Assembly (NCBI GenBank): GCA_023421955.1
Contig: JAEZSE010000021.1
Span: forward strand, 9,701 to 73,700
Length of the DNA stretch: 64,000 bases
Direction: 5' to 3'
From: Bacillota bacterium
GTDB taxonomy: Bacteria; Bacillota; Clostridia; Christensenellales; UMGS416
Below the pieces are notes generated by a model, which worked only from the letters and a program-made list of their open reading frames with translations, was not told where the DNA came from and did no database searches. Position 1 is the stretch's first letter, and every line of letters begins with the position of its first letter. The position numbers and the translations under genes were made by a program. Positions 8,500 to 19,363 of this stretch are shown one piece after another.

Positions 8500-10548
8500 T
8501 CAGTTAAACACAATCCCTTCAACCTTTCGCTCAAACTTAACCCTGGCAGCCTCCAGCAACTGCTCATACTCTGCCGCAAGCTGCGGCACTCCCAGCTCCC
8601 GCACCGCGGCATCCACATCGGCCAGCAGCTTCACGTCCTTCAAATACTTCATCACATGCATGTCGATCATGCCGGATTGCCGCGCCCCCAGAAATTCACC
8701 GGGGCCCCGCTGGGCAAGATCGGCCTCGGCCACTTTGAAACCGTCGGTGGTCTCCGTCATCACCTTCAGGCGGCTGATCGAATCCGGCGCTGCCCGACCG
8801 GTGGAAAGGAAGCACCAGGCCTGCTGGCCGCCGCGCCCCACCCTGCCCCGCAGCTGGTGCAGCTGGGCCAGACCGAACCGGTCGGCGTTTTCAATCACCA
8901 TGATCGACGCGTTGGGGATGTTCACTCCCACCTCAATCACCGTGGTGGAGACCAGCACCATCGCCTCAGCCCGCCGAAAAGCATCCAGCGCCGCGTCCTT
9001 GTCCTCTGCGGGCATCCGCCCGTGCACCAGCGCCATACCTACGCCGTGGAGCGCACCGGCTTTCAGCTCGTTATAAAGGTCTATTGCTGCCTGGGCATCC
9101 AGCTTGTCTGACTCCTCGATCAATGGGCAGACAATGTAGGTCTGCTTGCCCAGCCTTGCCTGTTCGGCGATGTAGCGGTACATATCGCTTTGCTTTTCCG
9201 GCGGCACGATGCGGGTGAGCACCGGCTTCCGGCCCGGCGGCAGCTCGTCCACAATCGAAACATCCAGGTCGCCGTAAAGGATCAACGCCAACGTGCGGGG
9301 CACCGGTGTGGCAGACATCACCAGCATGTCCGGTTCGCCGCCCTTTGCTTTGAGCGCCGATCGCTGCCGCACGCCAAATCGGTGCTGCTCGTCGGTGACG
9401 ACCAGGCCCAAATCCTTAAACTTCACGGCCTTTTCAATAAGGGCATGGGTGCCGGCCACCACCTGCCACGCGCTTGTTTGGATCGCCTGCAGCGCGGCCT
9501 TCTTCTCAGCGCCCTTCATGCTGCCCTTCAGTAGGCCCACCGAAATGCCCAGTGGCTCCAGCACCTGCTTCAGGCTCTCGTAATGCTGGCCGGCCAGGAT
9601 CTCCGTGGGGGCCATCAGTGCCCCCTGCCGGCCTTCCATCGCAGCAAGATAAAGGGCCCCCAGCGCCAGCGCTGTCTTGCCTGAGCCCACATCGCCCTGC
9701 ACCAGCCGGTTCATCGGCACAGGGGAACGCAGGTCGGCTGCAATTTCACCCAGCACCCGCTTTTGCGCGCCGGTGAGCCGGAAGGGCAGCGATGCCTCAA
9801 ACCGGTTGACATTCCCTTCCGGGCAAAGCAATGGCTCGCGGCCCGCCGTAGTCTTTCGTCTTGCGCCGATGCTCCTGAGCATGATGAGGAACAGCAGCAA
9901 CTCCTCAAAGGCCAGCCGGAGCCTGGCAGCCTCCGCAGCCTCCACCGTGGCCGGCTTGTGAATGGATTGTATGGCGAAGTTGAGCTCCGCCAGGCCATGG
10001 CGCAGGCGGAAGCCCTGGGGCAGTGTGTCCTCCAGAGGTCCGGCGGCCTCCAGTGCGTCGGAAACAAGGTGGCGCAGCACCTTCTGGCTCAATGCCCCGG
10101 TGAGCGGATAGATGGGCAGGATGCCCGGCAGGTCCTCTCCGTCAAAGGGTTCATAACCGGGGTTTTGCATCGCCTTCTCACCGAACCGCGCTTCCACCCG
10201 CCCGAAAAACACCCAGCGCCCGCCCTTTTGGAGCTGGTCGGCAATCCAGGGTTGGTTATACCACACAGCAGCGCAACGGCCTGTGCCGTCGTCCAGCATG
10301 GCTTTCACAACCGTCAGGCCCTTCTTGGGCCGGTGCGTCTGGGGCTTGGTGCAGATGGTGGCCACGACCACCACGTCCTGACCGTGGCGGGTTTCGGCCA
10401 ATGTGTCCGCATGGGATAGATCGCGGTAATCACGGGGCAGGTAATAAATGGCGTCGCCCACCGTATCGATGCCGATGCGGTGCAGGGCCTTGGCGCGGGC
10501 GGGGCCCACGCCCTTTAGATCAGTGACGGGGCGGTCCAGTGCGCGCAT
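8500..10548 (-). CDS. recG: ATP-dependent DNA helicase RecG
   Basis: N-terminal wedge/OB region, helicase motifs GDVGSGKT, DEQHRFG and SATPVPRT, and a C-terminal helicase domain. Start is at MRALDRPV. Confidence 0.95.
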   Translation of the reverse strand: MRALDRPVTDLKGVGPARAKALHRIGIDTVGDAIYYLPRDYRDLSHADTLAETRHGQDVVVVATICTKPQTHRPKKGLTVVKAMLDDGTGRCAAVWYNQPWIADQLQKGGRWVFFGRVEARFGEKAMQNPGYEPFDGEDLPGILPIYPLTGALSQKVLRHLVSDALEAAGPLEDTLPQGFRLRHGLAELNFAIQSIHKPATVEAAEAARLRLAFEELLLFLIMLRSIGARRKTTAGREPLLCPEGNVNRFEASLPFRLTGAQKRVLGEIAADLRSPVPMNRLVQGDVGSGKTALALGALYLAAMEGRQGALMAPTEILAGQHYESLKQVLEPLGISVGLLKGSMKGAEKKAALQAIQTSAWQVVAGTHALIEKAVKFKDLGLVVTDEQHRFGVRQRSALKAKGGEPDMLVMSATPVPRTLALILYGDLDVSIVDELPPGRKPVLTRIVPPEKQSDMYRYIAEQARLGKQTYIVCPLIEESDKLDAQAAIDLYNELKAGALHGVGMALVHGRMPAEDKDAALDAFRRAEAMVLVSTTVIEVGVNIPNASIMVIENADRFGLAQLHQLRGRVGRGGQQAWCFLSTGRAAPDSISRLKVMTETTDGFKVAEADLAQRGPGEFLGARQSGMIDMHVMKYLKDVKLLADVDAAVRELGVPQLAAEYEQLLEAARVKFERKVEGIVFN

Positions 10549-10637
10549 GCTGCGCTCCTTTGTGAGGTTACAACAGGAATTATACGGAAATAAAGCCATG
10601 ATTTCAAAGAGAATGTTCCTCATGCTATAATAATCAC

Positions 10638-11921
10638 ATGACAAAGAGAATCATCACAATGCCAAAGTATTGGATCCGCGCCATGGCCCTGGCGTTGGCG
10701 CTTGTATTGCTGCAGGCATGTGCGGTCACTACGCTGCCAGCCACCACAGCCACGCCGCAGGCAAACACCGCCACAGCAACGCCATCAGTGGCACCGACTC
10801 CCTCCCCCTCGCCTTCTCCCATACCGACCCCGTCACCCACCGATCCCCCACCACCAACCCCCACGCCCACCACCCAACCCACGCCTGGCCCATCGTTGAC
10901 AGCAGAGCAAATCGTGGCCTCCATGACCGACGAAGAACTGCTCGGCCAGATGGTGATGCTTGGCTTTGCCGGCAGGGAGACAATGCCGGAGGAGGTGGCT
11001 GCGCTTTACCATGATTACAAGGTGGGCGGCGTGATGCTCTTCGGCTGGAACGTAAAGAATTTCGAACAGACCAAACGGCTGACAACCGCGTTGGAGGAAA
11101 TCAACCCCACTCCCCAACTGCCGCTCTTCATCGCCATCGATGAGGAGGGCGGCATCGTGCACCGGCTGCCCTGGAGGCCCTCCACCCGCTCGGCGGCCAC
11201 GATGGGCCGCCGCAACAACACCAAGGAAATCTATGACCAATACTTCCGGGTGGCCAAGGAGCTCCGGAGGGTCGGCGTGAACATCAACTTTGCTCCGGTG
11301 CTGGATATTGCGCCGGACCCCAGCCAGACCTTTATGGGCAACCGCATGTTTGGCACCGACCCCAAGAAGGTGTCAAAGCTGGTCGGGTACGCCATCGCCG
11401 GCACTCAGGACGGTGGCGTGCTGGCCCTGGGCAAGCATTTCCCCGGCCATGGCCTGACCGCCGAAGATTCCCACAAAGTGCTGCCGGTCGTGACTGCCAC
11501 CAAGGCAGAACTCAAAAATTATGCCCTGAAGCCTTTTGCCGCCGCAATCGAAAAGAAGGTGGACGCCATCCTGGTGGGCCACCTGTTGGTGCCGTCATTG
11601 GACAGCAAGTGCCCGGCGAGCCTCAGCAAAACCGTGATCACCGGCCTGCTCCGCAACGAAATGGGCTTTCAAGGGCTGGTGTTTTCCGATGACATGCGCA
11701 TGGGCGCCATCACAAGTAACTATAAAATCGGCGAGGCCTGTGTGAAGTTCATCCTGGCCGGCGGCGATGTGGTGCTGATCGGCAAATATACAGAGAAGCA
11801 GAAAGCCGCGCTGGAAACCCTGGCAGAAGCTGTGAAGAGCGGCAGGATCACAAGGGCGCGGCTGGAGGAAAGTGCCCTGAGGATTGTGCGGGCGAAGATG
11901 AGGCTGGCAGCAACGAAGTAG
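10638..11921 (+). CDS. Glycoside hydrolase family 3 N-terminal domain lipoprotein (NagZ-like beta-N-acetylhexosaminidase)
   Basis: Lipobox LLQAC, a Pro/Thr-rich linker, then GH3 motifs (GGVMLFG, KHFPGHG, FSDDMRMGA). Confidence 0.85.
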   Translation: MTKRIITMPKYWIRAMALALALVLLQACAVTTLPATTATPQANTATATPSVAPTPSPSPSPIPTPSPTDPPPPTPTPTTQPTPGPSLTAEQIVASMTDEELLGQMVMLGFAGRETMPEEVAALYHDYKVGGVMLFGWNVKNFEQTKRLTTALEEINPTPQLPLFIAIDEEGGIVHRLPWRPSTRSAATMGRRNNTKEIYDQYFRVAKELRRVGVNINFAPVLDIAPDPSQTFMGNRMFGTDPKKVSKLVGYAIAGTQDGGVLALGKHFPGHGLTAEDSHKVLPVVTATKAELKNYALKPFAAAIEKKVDAILVGHLLVPSLDSKCPASLSKTVITGLLRNEMGFQGLVFSDDMRMGAITSNYKIGEACVKFILAGGDVVLIGKYTEKQKAALETLAEAVKSGRITRARLEESALRIVRAKMRLAATK

Positions 11922-11975
11922 AATAATCAAGCCATCCTCATCAATGTTTAGGCGGCCTTGAATACAAGTAGAAAG

Positions 11976-13076
11976 TTATTGACAAGCCTTCACAATACCT
12001 TCGATGTATTCCAGGGGAGTCACGGTGTCCATCGCATCGCGCACTTCAGAAAAGATCACAATAACCAGCTTGTGATCTGGCACTACCACCAAGTACTGCC
12101 CGCCGTAACCCATCCCGAAAAACGCTTCATGGCCATCGAATTCATTGATCCACCAATGGTATCCATACTCTCCGAAATGATAATCCCCTTGAGAATGCAC
12201 GGTGGTGGAGTCCAAAACCCACTTCTCGGAAACGATCCGCTTGTCATCCCAGGTGCCGCCATTGAGATAGAGCAAACCTATTTTTGCCAGATCCCTTGCT
12301 GTCATATCGAGCCCAAAGCCGCCTGTGCTGGAGCCATCCTGCGATGGAATCCAGTCCACATCCGGTATTCCAAGGGGCCGAAACAAATACTTCATGCCAT
12401 AATCATACTCAGACAATCCCGTGCGCTTCTTGAGGATTGCCGCAAGCAGCTGGGAACCACCGGTGCTATAATTCCAAATCACACCCGGTTCGCTCACCAT
12501 TGGCCGATCCAGAACAAAACCATTCCAATCCTTTGCATTCCATAACGGTCCAATGGAGAAATTCCAATCCGTCCACTCCGGCCATTCAAGCCCGGAGGTC
12601 ATTGTCAGCACATGCTCCAGAGTGATGCTCTTCTTCAGTTCCGAGTCGAAAGCCTTTGCATACTCAGGGAAATAACCCTCAATTTTCTCGTCAATCCCCC
12701 TAATTTCTCCCTGATCGAGTGCGATACCAACCAAGATGGAAGTGATACTCTTGGTAACCGAATTCACTGGGTAACGCCTGTTTAAGTCTCCATCTTTGTA
12801 ATACTCTGAAATGATATATCCATCCTGCACCAAAACCATGGATTGAACAAGAGAATTGCTGACTGTCTGCTCAACAGTGGCAAGTTGCTCAACATTGATC
12901 TTCTGCGGATCAGGTTCTTTCGTCTTCCAGGATTCTGTGGGCCAATAATCCTGCTGTGATGATTGCTTGATGTTTCCCGCGGCATCCTGGCTTCCAGCAC
13001 AAGATGAAAGCAAACACATCACAATTATGCAGAAAATGACAAGCAGTGAGTTCGTGCGTGTTTTATTTATAGCCAT
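11976..13076 (-). CDS. Serine hydrolase, beta-lactamase/transpeptidase-fold lipoprotein
   Basis: Lipobox LLSSC, the SxxK motif NSVTKS, and a YGGQ-type C-terminal region typical of class C beta-lactamase-like proteins. Confidence 0.8.
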   Translation of the reverse strand: MAINKTRTNSLLVIFCIIVMCLLSSCAGSQDAAGNIKQSSQQDYWPTESWKTKEPDPQKINVEQLATVEQTVSNSLVQSMVLVQDGYIISEYYKDGDLNRRYPVNSVTKSITSILVGIALDQGEIRGIDEKIEGYFPEYAKAFDSELKKSITLEHVLTMTSGLEWPEWTDWNFSIGPLWNAKDWNGFVLDRPMVSEPGVIWNYSTGGSQLLAAILKKRTGLSEYDYGMKYLFRPLGIPDVDWIPSQDGSSTGGFGLDMTARDLAKIGLLYLNGGTWDDKRIVSEKWVLDSTTVHSQGDYHFGEYGYHWWINEFDGHEAFFGMGYGGQYLVVVPDHKLVIVIFSEVRDAMDTVTPLEYIEGIVKACQ

Positions 13077-13268
13077 TATCCTCTGCCCTTCATCGTTTGC
13101 GTGTTTGATCATACTACAGGAAAAACTCCCGTCTGTCATCCGAAATCTTCAACTTTTGCACTCATAGAAACAATTCTATTTGGCAGTCAGAACACATGAT
13201 GCTAATGTTTCTTCTCACAATGAACGAAATACACTAAGAGAAAAAGAATCCGCCATCGGCAGAGGGCT

Positions 13269-14015
13269 ATGACTTTGAACCTAAACAGCATCAATGTCAA
13301 TTATTCCGCACCATCAACCAATGGCCACCCGCTCTTCATCAGTAAAGAAGAATTGGCGGGCTTTTCAAGCGTGCTGAACCGCGCCATCGGCCAGTCCCAA
13401 GGCCAGACAAACACTGGTTATGATGCCATCTTTGCGGCGGCAGCGCAGAAATACAACGTGCCGCTGAACTTATTGAAGGCCGTGGCAAAGGTGGAGTCCA
13501 ACTACCACGCAAATGCCACCTCCCGCTGCGGCGCCATGGGCATTATGCAGCTGATGCCGCGCACGGCAGCATGGCTTGGCGTCAAGGATGCCTACGACCC
13601 CGAACAGAACATCATGGGCGGGGCCAAATACCTGAACATGCTGCTGAAAAAGTACGACGGCGATGTGGAGCTCACCCTCGCCGCCTACAACGCAGGGCCC
13701 GGCACCGTGCACAAACACGGCAACACCGTGCCGTCCTTCGCGCAGGGTTATGTGAACAAGGTGCTGCGCAATGTGATTGGGGAACTCTCCACCGCATCCT
13801 ATGGTGCATCCGGCACACAGGCCGTAACATCCGGCAGCGGCATCGCCCAAGCCGTGGCGGCAAGCACAGTGGCAGCCCCTGCCGAGGTGCAGAGTGTCGG
13901 TGGTGAAAACCTGCCCACGCTGCTCATGCTGAAGATTACAGCCGAAATGAAACTGCTTGAAGCGCTGGATACTGACCAGGAGCCGGGCAATGTGATCTTC
14001 CAATGCCTAGAATAA
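13269..14015 (+). CDS. Lytic transglycosylase (SLT domain) protein
   Basis: Catalytic region AVAKVESNY...GAMGIMQLMP...AAYNAGPG. Confidence 0.85.
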   Translation: MTLNLNSINVNYSAPSTNGHPLFISKEELAGFSSVLNRAIGQSQGQTNTGYDAIFAAAAQKYNVPLNLLKAVAKVESNYHANATSRCGAMGIMQLMPRTAAWLGVKDAYDPEQNIMGGAKYLNMLLKKYDGDVELTLAAYNAGPGTVHKHGNTVPSFAQGYVNKVLRNVIGELSTASYGASGTQAVTSGSGIAQAVAASTVAAPAEVQSVGGENLPTLLMLKITAEMKLLEALDTDQEPGNVIFQCLE

Positions 14016-14043
14016 CCCTCAGAATATCATTCAGACTGCACCT

Positions 14044-14074
14044 TCTGCCTTGACGAAACCGTCAAGGCAGTTTT
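14044..14074 (+). terminator. Rho-independent terminator
   Basis: ctgccttgacg / aaac / cgtcaaggcag followed by ttttt. Confidence 0.8.
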
Positions 14075-14145
14075 TACATCTGTCCATTTCAGTGCTATAC
14101 TGTTGCATGCCAATATACAAGCCAACAAAAACATCGGAGGCAGTG

Positions 14146-14868
14146 ATGGAATTCCTGAAGAAGCTCTCTGAAAGAAACACCAACCTGTTTGGCACAGCGC
14201 CGGTCACAGCAGCGTTCCTGGGCGACAGTGTGACGCACGGCAGCTTTGAGATCTTCATGGCCGGAGACAGCAAGATTGACGCTCTTTACGACCACGAAAA
14301 TGTATATCATGCCCGGTTCCGGAAGTTGCTCAACCAGCTCTACCCCGCTGTGCCGTTGAACATTGTGAACGCAGGGATCGGCGGTGACAGCGCCCCCAAT
14401 GGCCTGAAACGCCTGGAGCGCGACGTGCTGCGGTTTTCCCCGGACCTGGTGGTGGTTTGCTACGGCCTGAACGATGCCCATAAAGGTGTGGAAAAAGTGG
14501 GTGAATACGCCGATGCTCTGCGCGGAATCTTCCGGCTTCTGAAAGAGAAAGAAATTGAGACGGTCTTTCTGACCCCCAATATGATGAACACAAGGATTAG
14601 CCCCCTGATCAAGGACCAGTTTTTGATTGACCTGGCTGTGAAGTGCGCCGGGCTTCAGAACGACGGCGTGATGGATGCCTACATGCAGTGCGCAAGCGAA
14701 GTTTGTGCAGAGGAAGGTGTGCCGGTGTGCGACTGCTACAAGACCTGGAAGCAGCTGGATCGTTACGGCGCAGATGTGACGGCCCTCTTGGCTAACCACC
14801 TCAACCACCCCACCAGAGAGATGCACGGGTTGTTTGCGCAGGCGCTGCTTGACACGCTGCTGCTGTGA
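14146..14868 (+). CDS. SGNH/GDSL hydrolase family protein
   Basis: Block I FLGDSVTHG, block III GLNDA, and a C-terminal HP..E region. Start is at MEFLKKL. Confidence 0.8.
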   Translation: MEFLKKLSERNTNLFGTAPVTAAFLGDSVTHGSFEIFMAGDSKIDALYDHENVYHARFRKLLNQLYPAVPLNIVNAGIGGDSAPNGLKRLERDVLRFSPDLVVVCYGLNDAHKGVEKVGEYADALRGIFRLLKEKEIETVFLTPNMMNTRISPLIKDQFLIDLAVKCAGLQNDGVMDAYMQCASEVCAEEGVPVCDCYKTWKQLDRYGADVTALLANHLNHPTREMHGLFAQALLDTLLL

Positions 14869-14887
14869 TCTCTGGATCAAGCTGCCA

Positions 14888-14919
14888 AAAGGCCTCCGTG
14901 AGATTTCACGGAGGCCTTT
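14888..14919. terminator. Bidirectional terminator hairpin between convergent genes
   Basis: Perfect 14-bp stem aaaggcctccgtga / gatt / tcacggaggccttt. Confidence 0.7.
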
Positions 14920-14974
14920 GCAATCAAATATTTGTACAAATCGAAGAAGAACCCGATGTGCCCCTTGCTCCGCG

Positions 14975-16414
14975 TCAGCGAAAATCCACGTCCACCTCGT
15001 TGATGGCCGGGTCCAGCCAGAAAGGCCGGGAATACTGCCACACCAGCTTTTCCTTATAGTCAATGAGTTTCGCCATCTTCTCTGCACTTGAGCGCATGGC
15101 TTTAATCTCCGATGCCATCTTGCGCCGGTCAGCGCTGCTCAGGGAGACTGATGCGCGGTCATAGGCAACCTGCGCCGCCTGATACGCCTCCAGTGTGGAT
15201 TTCGCAGCCTTCTGCGCTTCGTCGCCAGCGGCATGATAGGTTCTCGCATAATCCAGCAACTGCTGCACGGTCTTGAGTGACCGGATTGCGTCCAGGCCAT
15301 AGTTCATGAGCCACACAGCATAATCATGGGAGCAATGCACCTGTTCCGGCACATCTACTCCATAAACTGTCTTGATGATTGTTTGCCGCTGTTTCTGGTC
15401 GGTAAAGGTGTAACGCCAGCCTCCGTTGTCATAACGGGGACCTTCCATGGAATACATGCCGATCTTGTCAGGGTTCAAGCTTTTGGCAAAGTTGGCCAGC
15501 GCAAGTGTCTGCTCCATATTTGTATTGGTATAAATGCCGCTTGCGGCTGAGCTCACGAGGTCCGGCAGCATGGAGAGTTTCCCGTTCTTCTTTAGCTGCT
15601 CAAATAGGGCTACCAGCATCTTCTTCTGCCGCTTCACCCGGTTCGAGTCGCCCTGCTCCGGTCCCGCTTTCCTGGTTCGCATGTAAAACAGCACGTCGGC
15701 ACCGTTCATGTGCTGCATGCCCTTCTTGCCCAGGCGGCTGTAGGCACGGTTTTCCACTTCATAATCCACGCCGCCGATGGTATCAATCACCTTGATCAGC
15801 GAGGTGAAATCCACCGCGTAATAATAGTCCACGGAAAGACCACCCAGCATGTATTCTGCCGCTTCACAGACTTTCCGGAAACCGCCGCCATCCTTGGCTG
15901 CAAAACCGCCGCCTACATTAAACGACGCGTTCAGCTTATAGACGCCGTTCATGATATGTGTCGCGTGCACAAATGTGTCGCGGGGCAGCGAAATGAGGTC
16001 TGCTGTTTTCTTTTTGAAGTTGATCGCCACCACCATCATCACATCGGCGTGCGGATCCCGCCCGGAGCCCTTGCCCGCAGTTTGGCTCCTGTCCACACCA
16101 ATCAAGATGATGTTGAGAATGTCAGCGTCCTCAGTGATGCCCGGCGTAGGCACCGGAGTTGGCGCCGGGGTGGGCGTCTGATCCGGCTCATTCGTGGCTT
16201 GGTTGCTTTTACCAGGGTCATTCGGTGTGGCTGTGGGCGCAATCGTCCCGGTTGCCACAGGCTTCATTGTGGATTGGGGAAAGAGGTTCTGCGGCGTATA
16301 TAGGATGCGATACGCTTTCACTCCGCCGACCGACAGCAGCGCCAGCGCCACAGCGGCAACACTCACCCACACCACACGCTTGCGGTTGGAAAAAAACTTT
16401 TTCAGCATGTTCAT
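14975..16414 (-). CDS. LCP (LytR-CpsA-Psr) family cell-wall glycopolymer transferase
   Basis: N-terminal TM anchor, a Pro/Thr linker, the LCP core (ILIGVDRS..., LPRD) and a long C-terminal helical extension. Confidence 0.8.
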   Translation of the reverse strand: MNMLKKFFSNRKRVVWVSVAAVALALLSVGGVKAYRILYTPQNLFPQSTMKPVATGTIAPTATPNDPGKSNQATNEPDQTPTPAPTPVPTPGITEDADILNIILIGVDRSQTAGKGSGRDPHADVMMVVAINFKKKTADLISLPRDTFVHATHIMNGVYKLNASFNVGGGFAAKDGGGFRKVCEAAEYMLGGLSVDYYYAVDFTSLIKVIDTIGGVDYEVENRAYSRLGKKGMQHMNGADVLFYMRTRKAGPEQGDSNRVKRQKKMLVALFEQLKKNGKLSMLPDLVSSAASGIYTNTNMEQTLALANFAKSLNPDKIGMYSMEGPRYDNGGWRYTFTDQKQRQTIIKTVYGVDVPEQVHCSHDYAVWLMNYGLDAIRSLKTVQQLLDYARTYHAAGDEAQKAAKSTLEAYQAAQVAYDRASVSLSSADRRKMASEIKAMRSSAEKMAKLIDYKEKLVWQYSRPFWLDPAINEVDVDFR

Positions 16415-16552
16415 GATACGGCTGCCCGACACGCTCCTATTGATAAAGTGTTCTGCGATATTTTATCACAATCTTATCAGGAATAGATACAAACATAGAT
16501 TCTGCACTTATTCTTATAGCAATATTTTCGATGTCGCATGTATTTTTCCTTC

Positions 16553-18058
16553 TCATCTCATCCTGGTTCCGTCGCCAGACCGGCGGGAGTGCGTTGCCGG
16601 TGGACTTGAACCACGCTTTCCTGCTCTGGCCAGAAGGATTACCAAGGCTGCAGCGGCAGCCAGCACCACGGCAGCGATCAGCAGCAGGGCAGTCATCCCT
16701 CCGCCGGGGGGATTGTCCTGTGCTGCTCCCGTTGCGGATGGCTCTGGCGTAAGCTCAGCGATGGTGGTTGTGGCCGGAGCTTGTGTGGGTGTGGGGGCCA
16801 CAGTCGGCTCCGGTGTGGCGAGTTTTTCCACGCTTCGGGAAGCCACAAGGTCACAGGTGAGCACGGGCTTGTCCTCAAACGAATAGATGACAGTGCCCAC
16901 TGTCTCACCGCTTTGGATCGGCGCCGTATCTTTGACAATATGGATCTCCCGGCTGAGCAGGTTCGGATCATCAGCGATAGGGTCGATTTTCTCCTTGCGG
17001 CCGGTAATCCACCCATCACCCTGCGGCTGTATCGTCAGGGTCAGGTTGCCTTGCTCCGGATCGTCCGCAGCGGCCTCTTTCACCGGCAGCTGCACCGTCT
17101 GGCCTGTCAGCACTTCGCGCAAGTTGACAGTTCCAAAATAGTTGAAGCCATATTCAAACATCGTGACGCTATCCGGCCACATCTTGTTTCGCTCTTCCAC
17201 AAACAGATCCACCGCAATGAGCTTCCTGCCATCCTTTTCTGCCGCGGATACCAGGCAGTTCTTTGCCATGCTGGTGAACCCGGTCTTGATGCCCTTGGCA
17301 TACACATAGCCATACACGTCGTCGAAAAGCAGCATGTTGGAGCTGGAAAACTCCCTGGGCTTGCTCGTTTTGTTGGTGGGCTCAATCCTGCCTGACGGGG
17401 TGCTGACGAGCGCTGCGAAATCCGGCTGCTTCATCGCTTCCCTCGCAAGAGTGGCCATATCGAGCGCGGTGGTGTAGTGATCCTCACTTTCGGTCAGGCC
17501 GTTGGTGCAGGTGTAATGCGTGCCGGTCATGCCCAGCGCCTGTGCTTTCTGGTTCATCTGCTCCACAAAAGCGTTCACCGAGCCCGCCACATGGATGGCG
17601 ATGGCGTCGGCCGCGTCGTTGGCCGACCGCAGCATCAGTGCTTCCAACAGGTCACGAAAAGCGATCTTCTCGCCCTTTTTCAGGCTGATGTTCACAGAAT
17701 CGAAGGCGAAATCCCCCTCGGGCAGCTTGCCCACCGTCACAATGCCATCCTGATCCTTACCGCTTTCCAGCGCCAGCAGGCATGTCATGATCTTGGTGGT
17801 GCTGGCTGGATACCGCTTCAGTTTGGCGCTTTTGGCAAACAGCACCTTGCCCGTAATGGCATCGATGAGGATCGCAGATCCTCCATTGATCCCATCCGGC
17901 TGCAGCACGCCGCCGGGTGCGAGCGTATCCCAATCCCTGGGCGAGGCGGTGCCCACCGGCTGGGGCACGGCAGCACCGTTGGGTTCCGCCAACGCAGCCG
18001 GTGAGATCAACAGCGCGCAAAGCAGCATCGCGATTGCCGGCAGGATCAGTTTCTTCAT
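16553..18058 (-). CDS. D-alanyl-D-alanine carboxypeptidase (PBP5/DacB-type) with C-terminal Pro/Thr linker and TM anchor
   Basis: Signal peptide, SxxK motif ASTTKIMT, SAND (SxN-type motif) and KTGFT motifs, and a C-terminal hydrophobic anchor. Confidence 0.85.
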   Translation of the reverse strand: MKKLILPAIAMLLCALLISPAALAEPNGAAVPQPVGTASPRDWDTLAPGGVLQPDGINGGSAILIDAITGKVLFAKSAKLKRYPASTTKIMTCLLALESGKDQDGIVTVGKLPEGDFAFDSVNISLKKGEKIAFRDLLEALMLRSANDAADAIAIHVAGSVNAFVEQMNQKAQALGMTGTHYTCTNGLTESEDHYTTALDMATLAREAMKQPDFAALVSTPSGRIEPTNKTSKPREFSSSNMLLFDDVYGYVYAKGIKTGFTSMAKNCLVSAAEKDGRKLIAVDLFVEERNKMWPDSVTMFEYGFNYFGTVNLREVLTGQTVQLPVKEAAADDPEQGNLTLTIQPQGDGWITGRKEKIDPIADDPNLLSREIHIVKDTAPIQSGETVGTVIYSFEDKPVLTCDLVASRSVEKLATPEPTVAPTPTQAPATTTIAELTPEPSATGAAQDNPPGGGMTALLLIAAVVLAAAAALVILLARAGKRGSSPPATHSRRSGDGTRMR

Positions 18059-19359
18059 ACAACGTCTCCAATCGAAAAGTTACAGTCGCGCCGCACCGCG
18101 GTTTTCACATAACGCCTGAGCGCGGACACACCGTCGTGTGGCTCCCCGGCATAATTGGAGGCCATTTCACCACATGGCGTCACGCGGCACACGCCGGCCT
18201 GGAAAAGCAGCTCAGACACGGCATTGCGTTCCGATGTGGCGCAAGCCAAGCCAGCCGTCTGCAAATACCCCCTGCTGCCTCGCAGCACATCCACAATCTT
18301 TGCTTGCGGCAGCGGCTTGACCCATAGCGTGCGAAACATCGGCGATGGCTTCAATGCCCGGTCAGAATCCACCACAATGCTCCAGCCTTCGCCCTTTAGA
18401 ACTTTTTTTTGCACCAAAAGTTCCTGCACGGCAGAAACTGCCAGCAACATCGTGATCTCTGCCTGCACGCCGGAGTCCAGCCTCTGTGGCGGAACCTTCC
18501 TGCTCGCGGCTTCCAGCGCAGCGCCGAGCCGCCCGGCAAAGGCAGCCAGCTCCTCAAACGAATCGGTGTCGTAATATACACATTGGGGCGAACTGCACAG
18601 CAGTTGCTCGGTCAGGCAGATTTCCTCGGCCAACGCAATCAACGCCTCCGCAGACTCCCCAGCTTTGGTCACATAAGCAAAGCTCAACCGGTGGCCCCAC
18701 TCGATGAGCTGCAGGTTGGGCGGCGCAATGCTGCGGATACCAGAAACAGCGAAATCAGACCCCCACACCGCAGCAGCATCGGAAACGGCAAGCATTTTGC
18801 CGATGGACACAGCATCTGTGGATGGCAGGTCGAACACATAAATATAGTCCGCCAGCACCGGTTCAATCTCGATGAGCCGCAGCAGAATCGCGGTGGAAAG
18901 TCCGTCGTCGTGGCCTGGCAGCTTCAGCAGGTTGATGTTACCGGCCAGCAGCCCCTCCAGCACGCTGAAGGCAGGCAACCCCGCTGCATTGCCGGCGGCG
19001 ATGTGGGTGAGAACACCCAGTGGTTGATACTTCTCAAAAATGCCTGGCTCCACCTCGCGGAACGCAAAGGGCTCAGGGCCCAGCTCCCGCGCGAGCTTCC
19101 TCTCCAGATACGTCCTGCTCAGAAACTGCCGGGCTTCCAGAAGCATGGCGGCAGCCCGTTCCTCACCCAGCCCCAGCGCTCGCAGCAGCACGAGCGGCTC
19201 TTCCCCATCGAGCTCTCGCGACAGCGTGTCGGCGGCGGCGATCACCAGCTCCGGCGTGATGCCGCCGGATTGCAGCGTGCCGGACACCGCTTTCTCCAGC
19301 CCATCCAGAAACTGCAGTGTTCCCTCCTGATCGGCAACCCGTCCGTTGATGATGTTCAT
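18055..19359 (-). CDS. luxC: LuxC-family acyl-CoA (fatty acyl) reductase
   Basis: 434-aa aldehyde-dehydrogenase-like protein directly downstream of a LuxE homologue. Its stop overlaps the dacB-type start (ATGA). Confidence 0.65.
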   Translation of the reverse strand: MNIINGRVADQEGTLQFLDGLEKAVSGTLQSGGITPELVIAAADTLSRELDGEEPLVLLRALGLGEERAAAMLLEARQFLSRTYLERKLARELGPEPFAFREVEPGIFEKYQPLGVLTHIAAGNAAGLPAFSVLEGLLAGNINLLKLPGHDDGLSTAILLRLIEIEPVLADYIYVFDLPSTDAVSIGKMLAVSDAAAVWGSDFAVSGIRSIAPPNLQLIEWGHRLSFAYVTKAGESAEALIALAEEICLTEQLLCSSPQCVYYDTDSFEELAAFAGRLGAALEAASRKVPPQRLDSGVQAEITMLLAVSAVQELLVQKKVLKGEGWSIVVDSDRALKPSPMFRTLWVKPLPQAKIVDVLRGSRGYLQTAGLACATSERNAVSELLFQAGVCRVTPCGEMASNYAGEPHDGVSALRRYVKTAVRRDCNFSIGDVV

Positions 19360-19363
19360 CGGT

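Noticed and set aside
10634-10924. 96-aa Gly/Val-rich minus-strand ORF
   Set aside because: It is the antisense reading of the Pro/Thr-rich linker of the GH3 lipoprotein.
14095-15087. 330-aa minus-strand ORF
   Set aside because: It is antisense to the SGNH hydrolase gene and spans a bidirectional terminator. Its composition is low-complexity and His/Gln/Val-rich.
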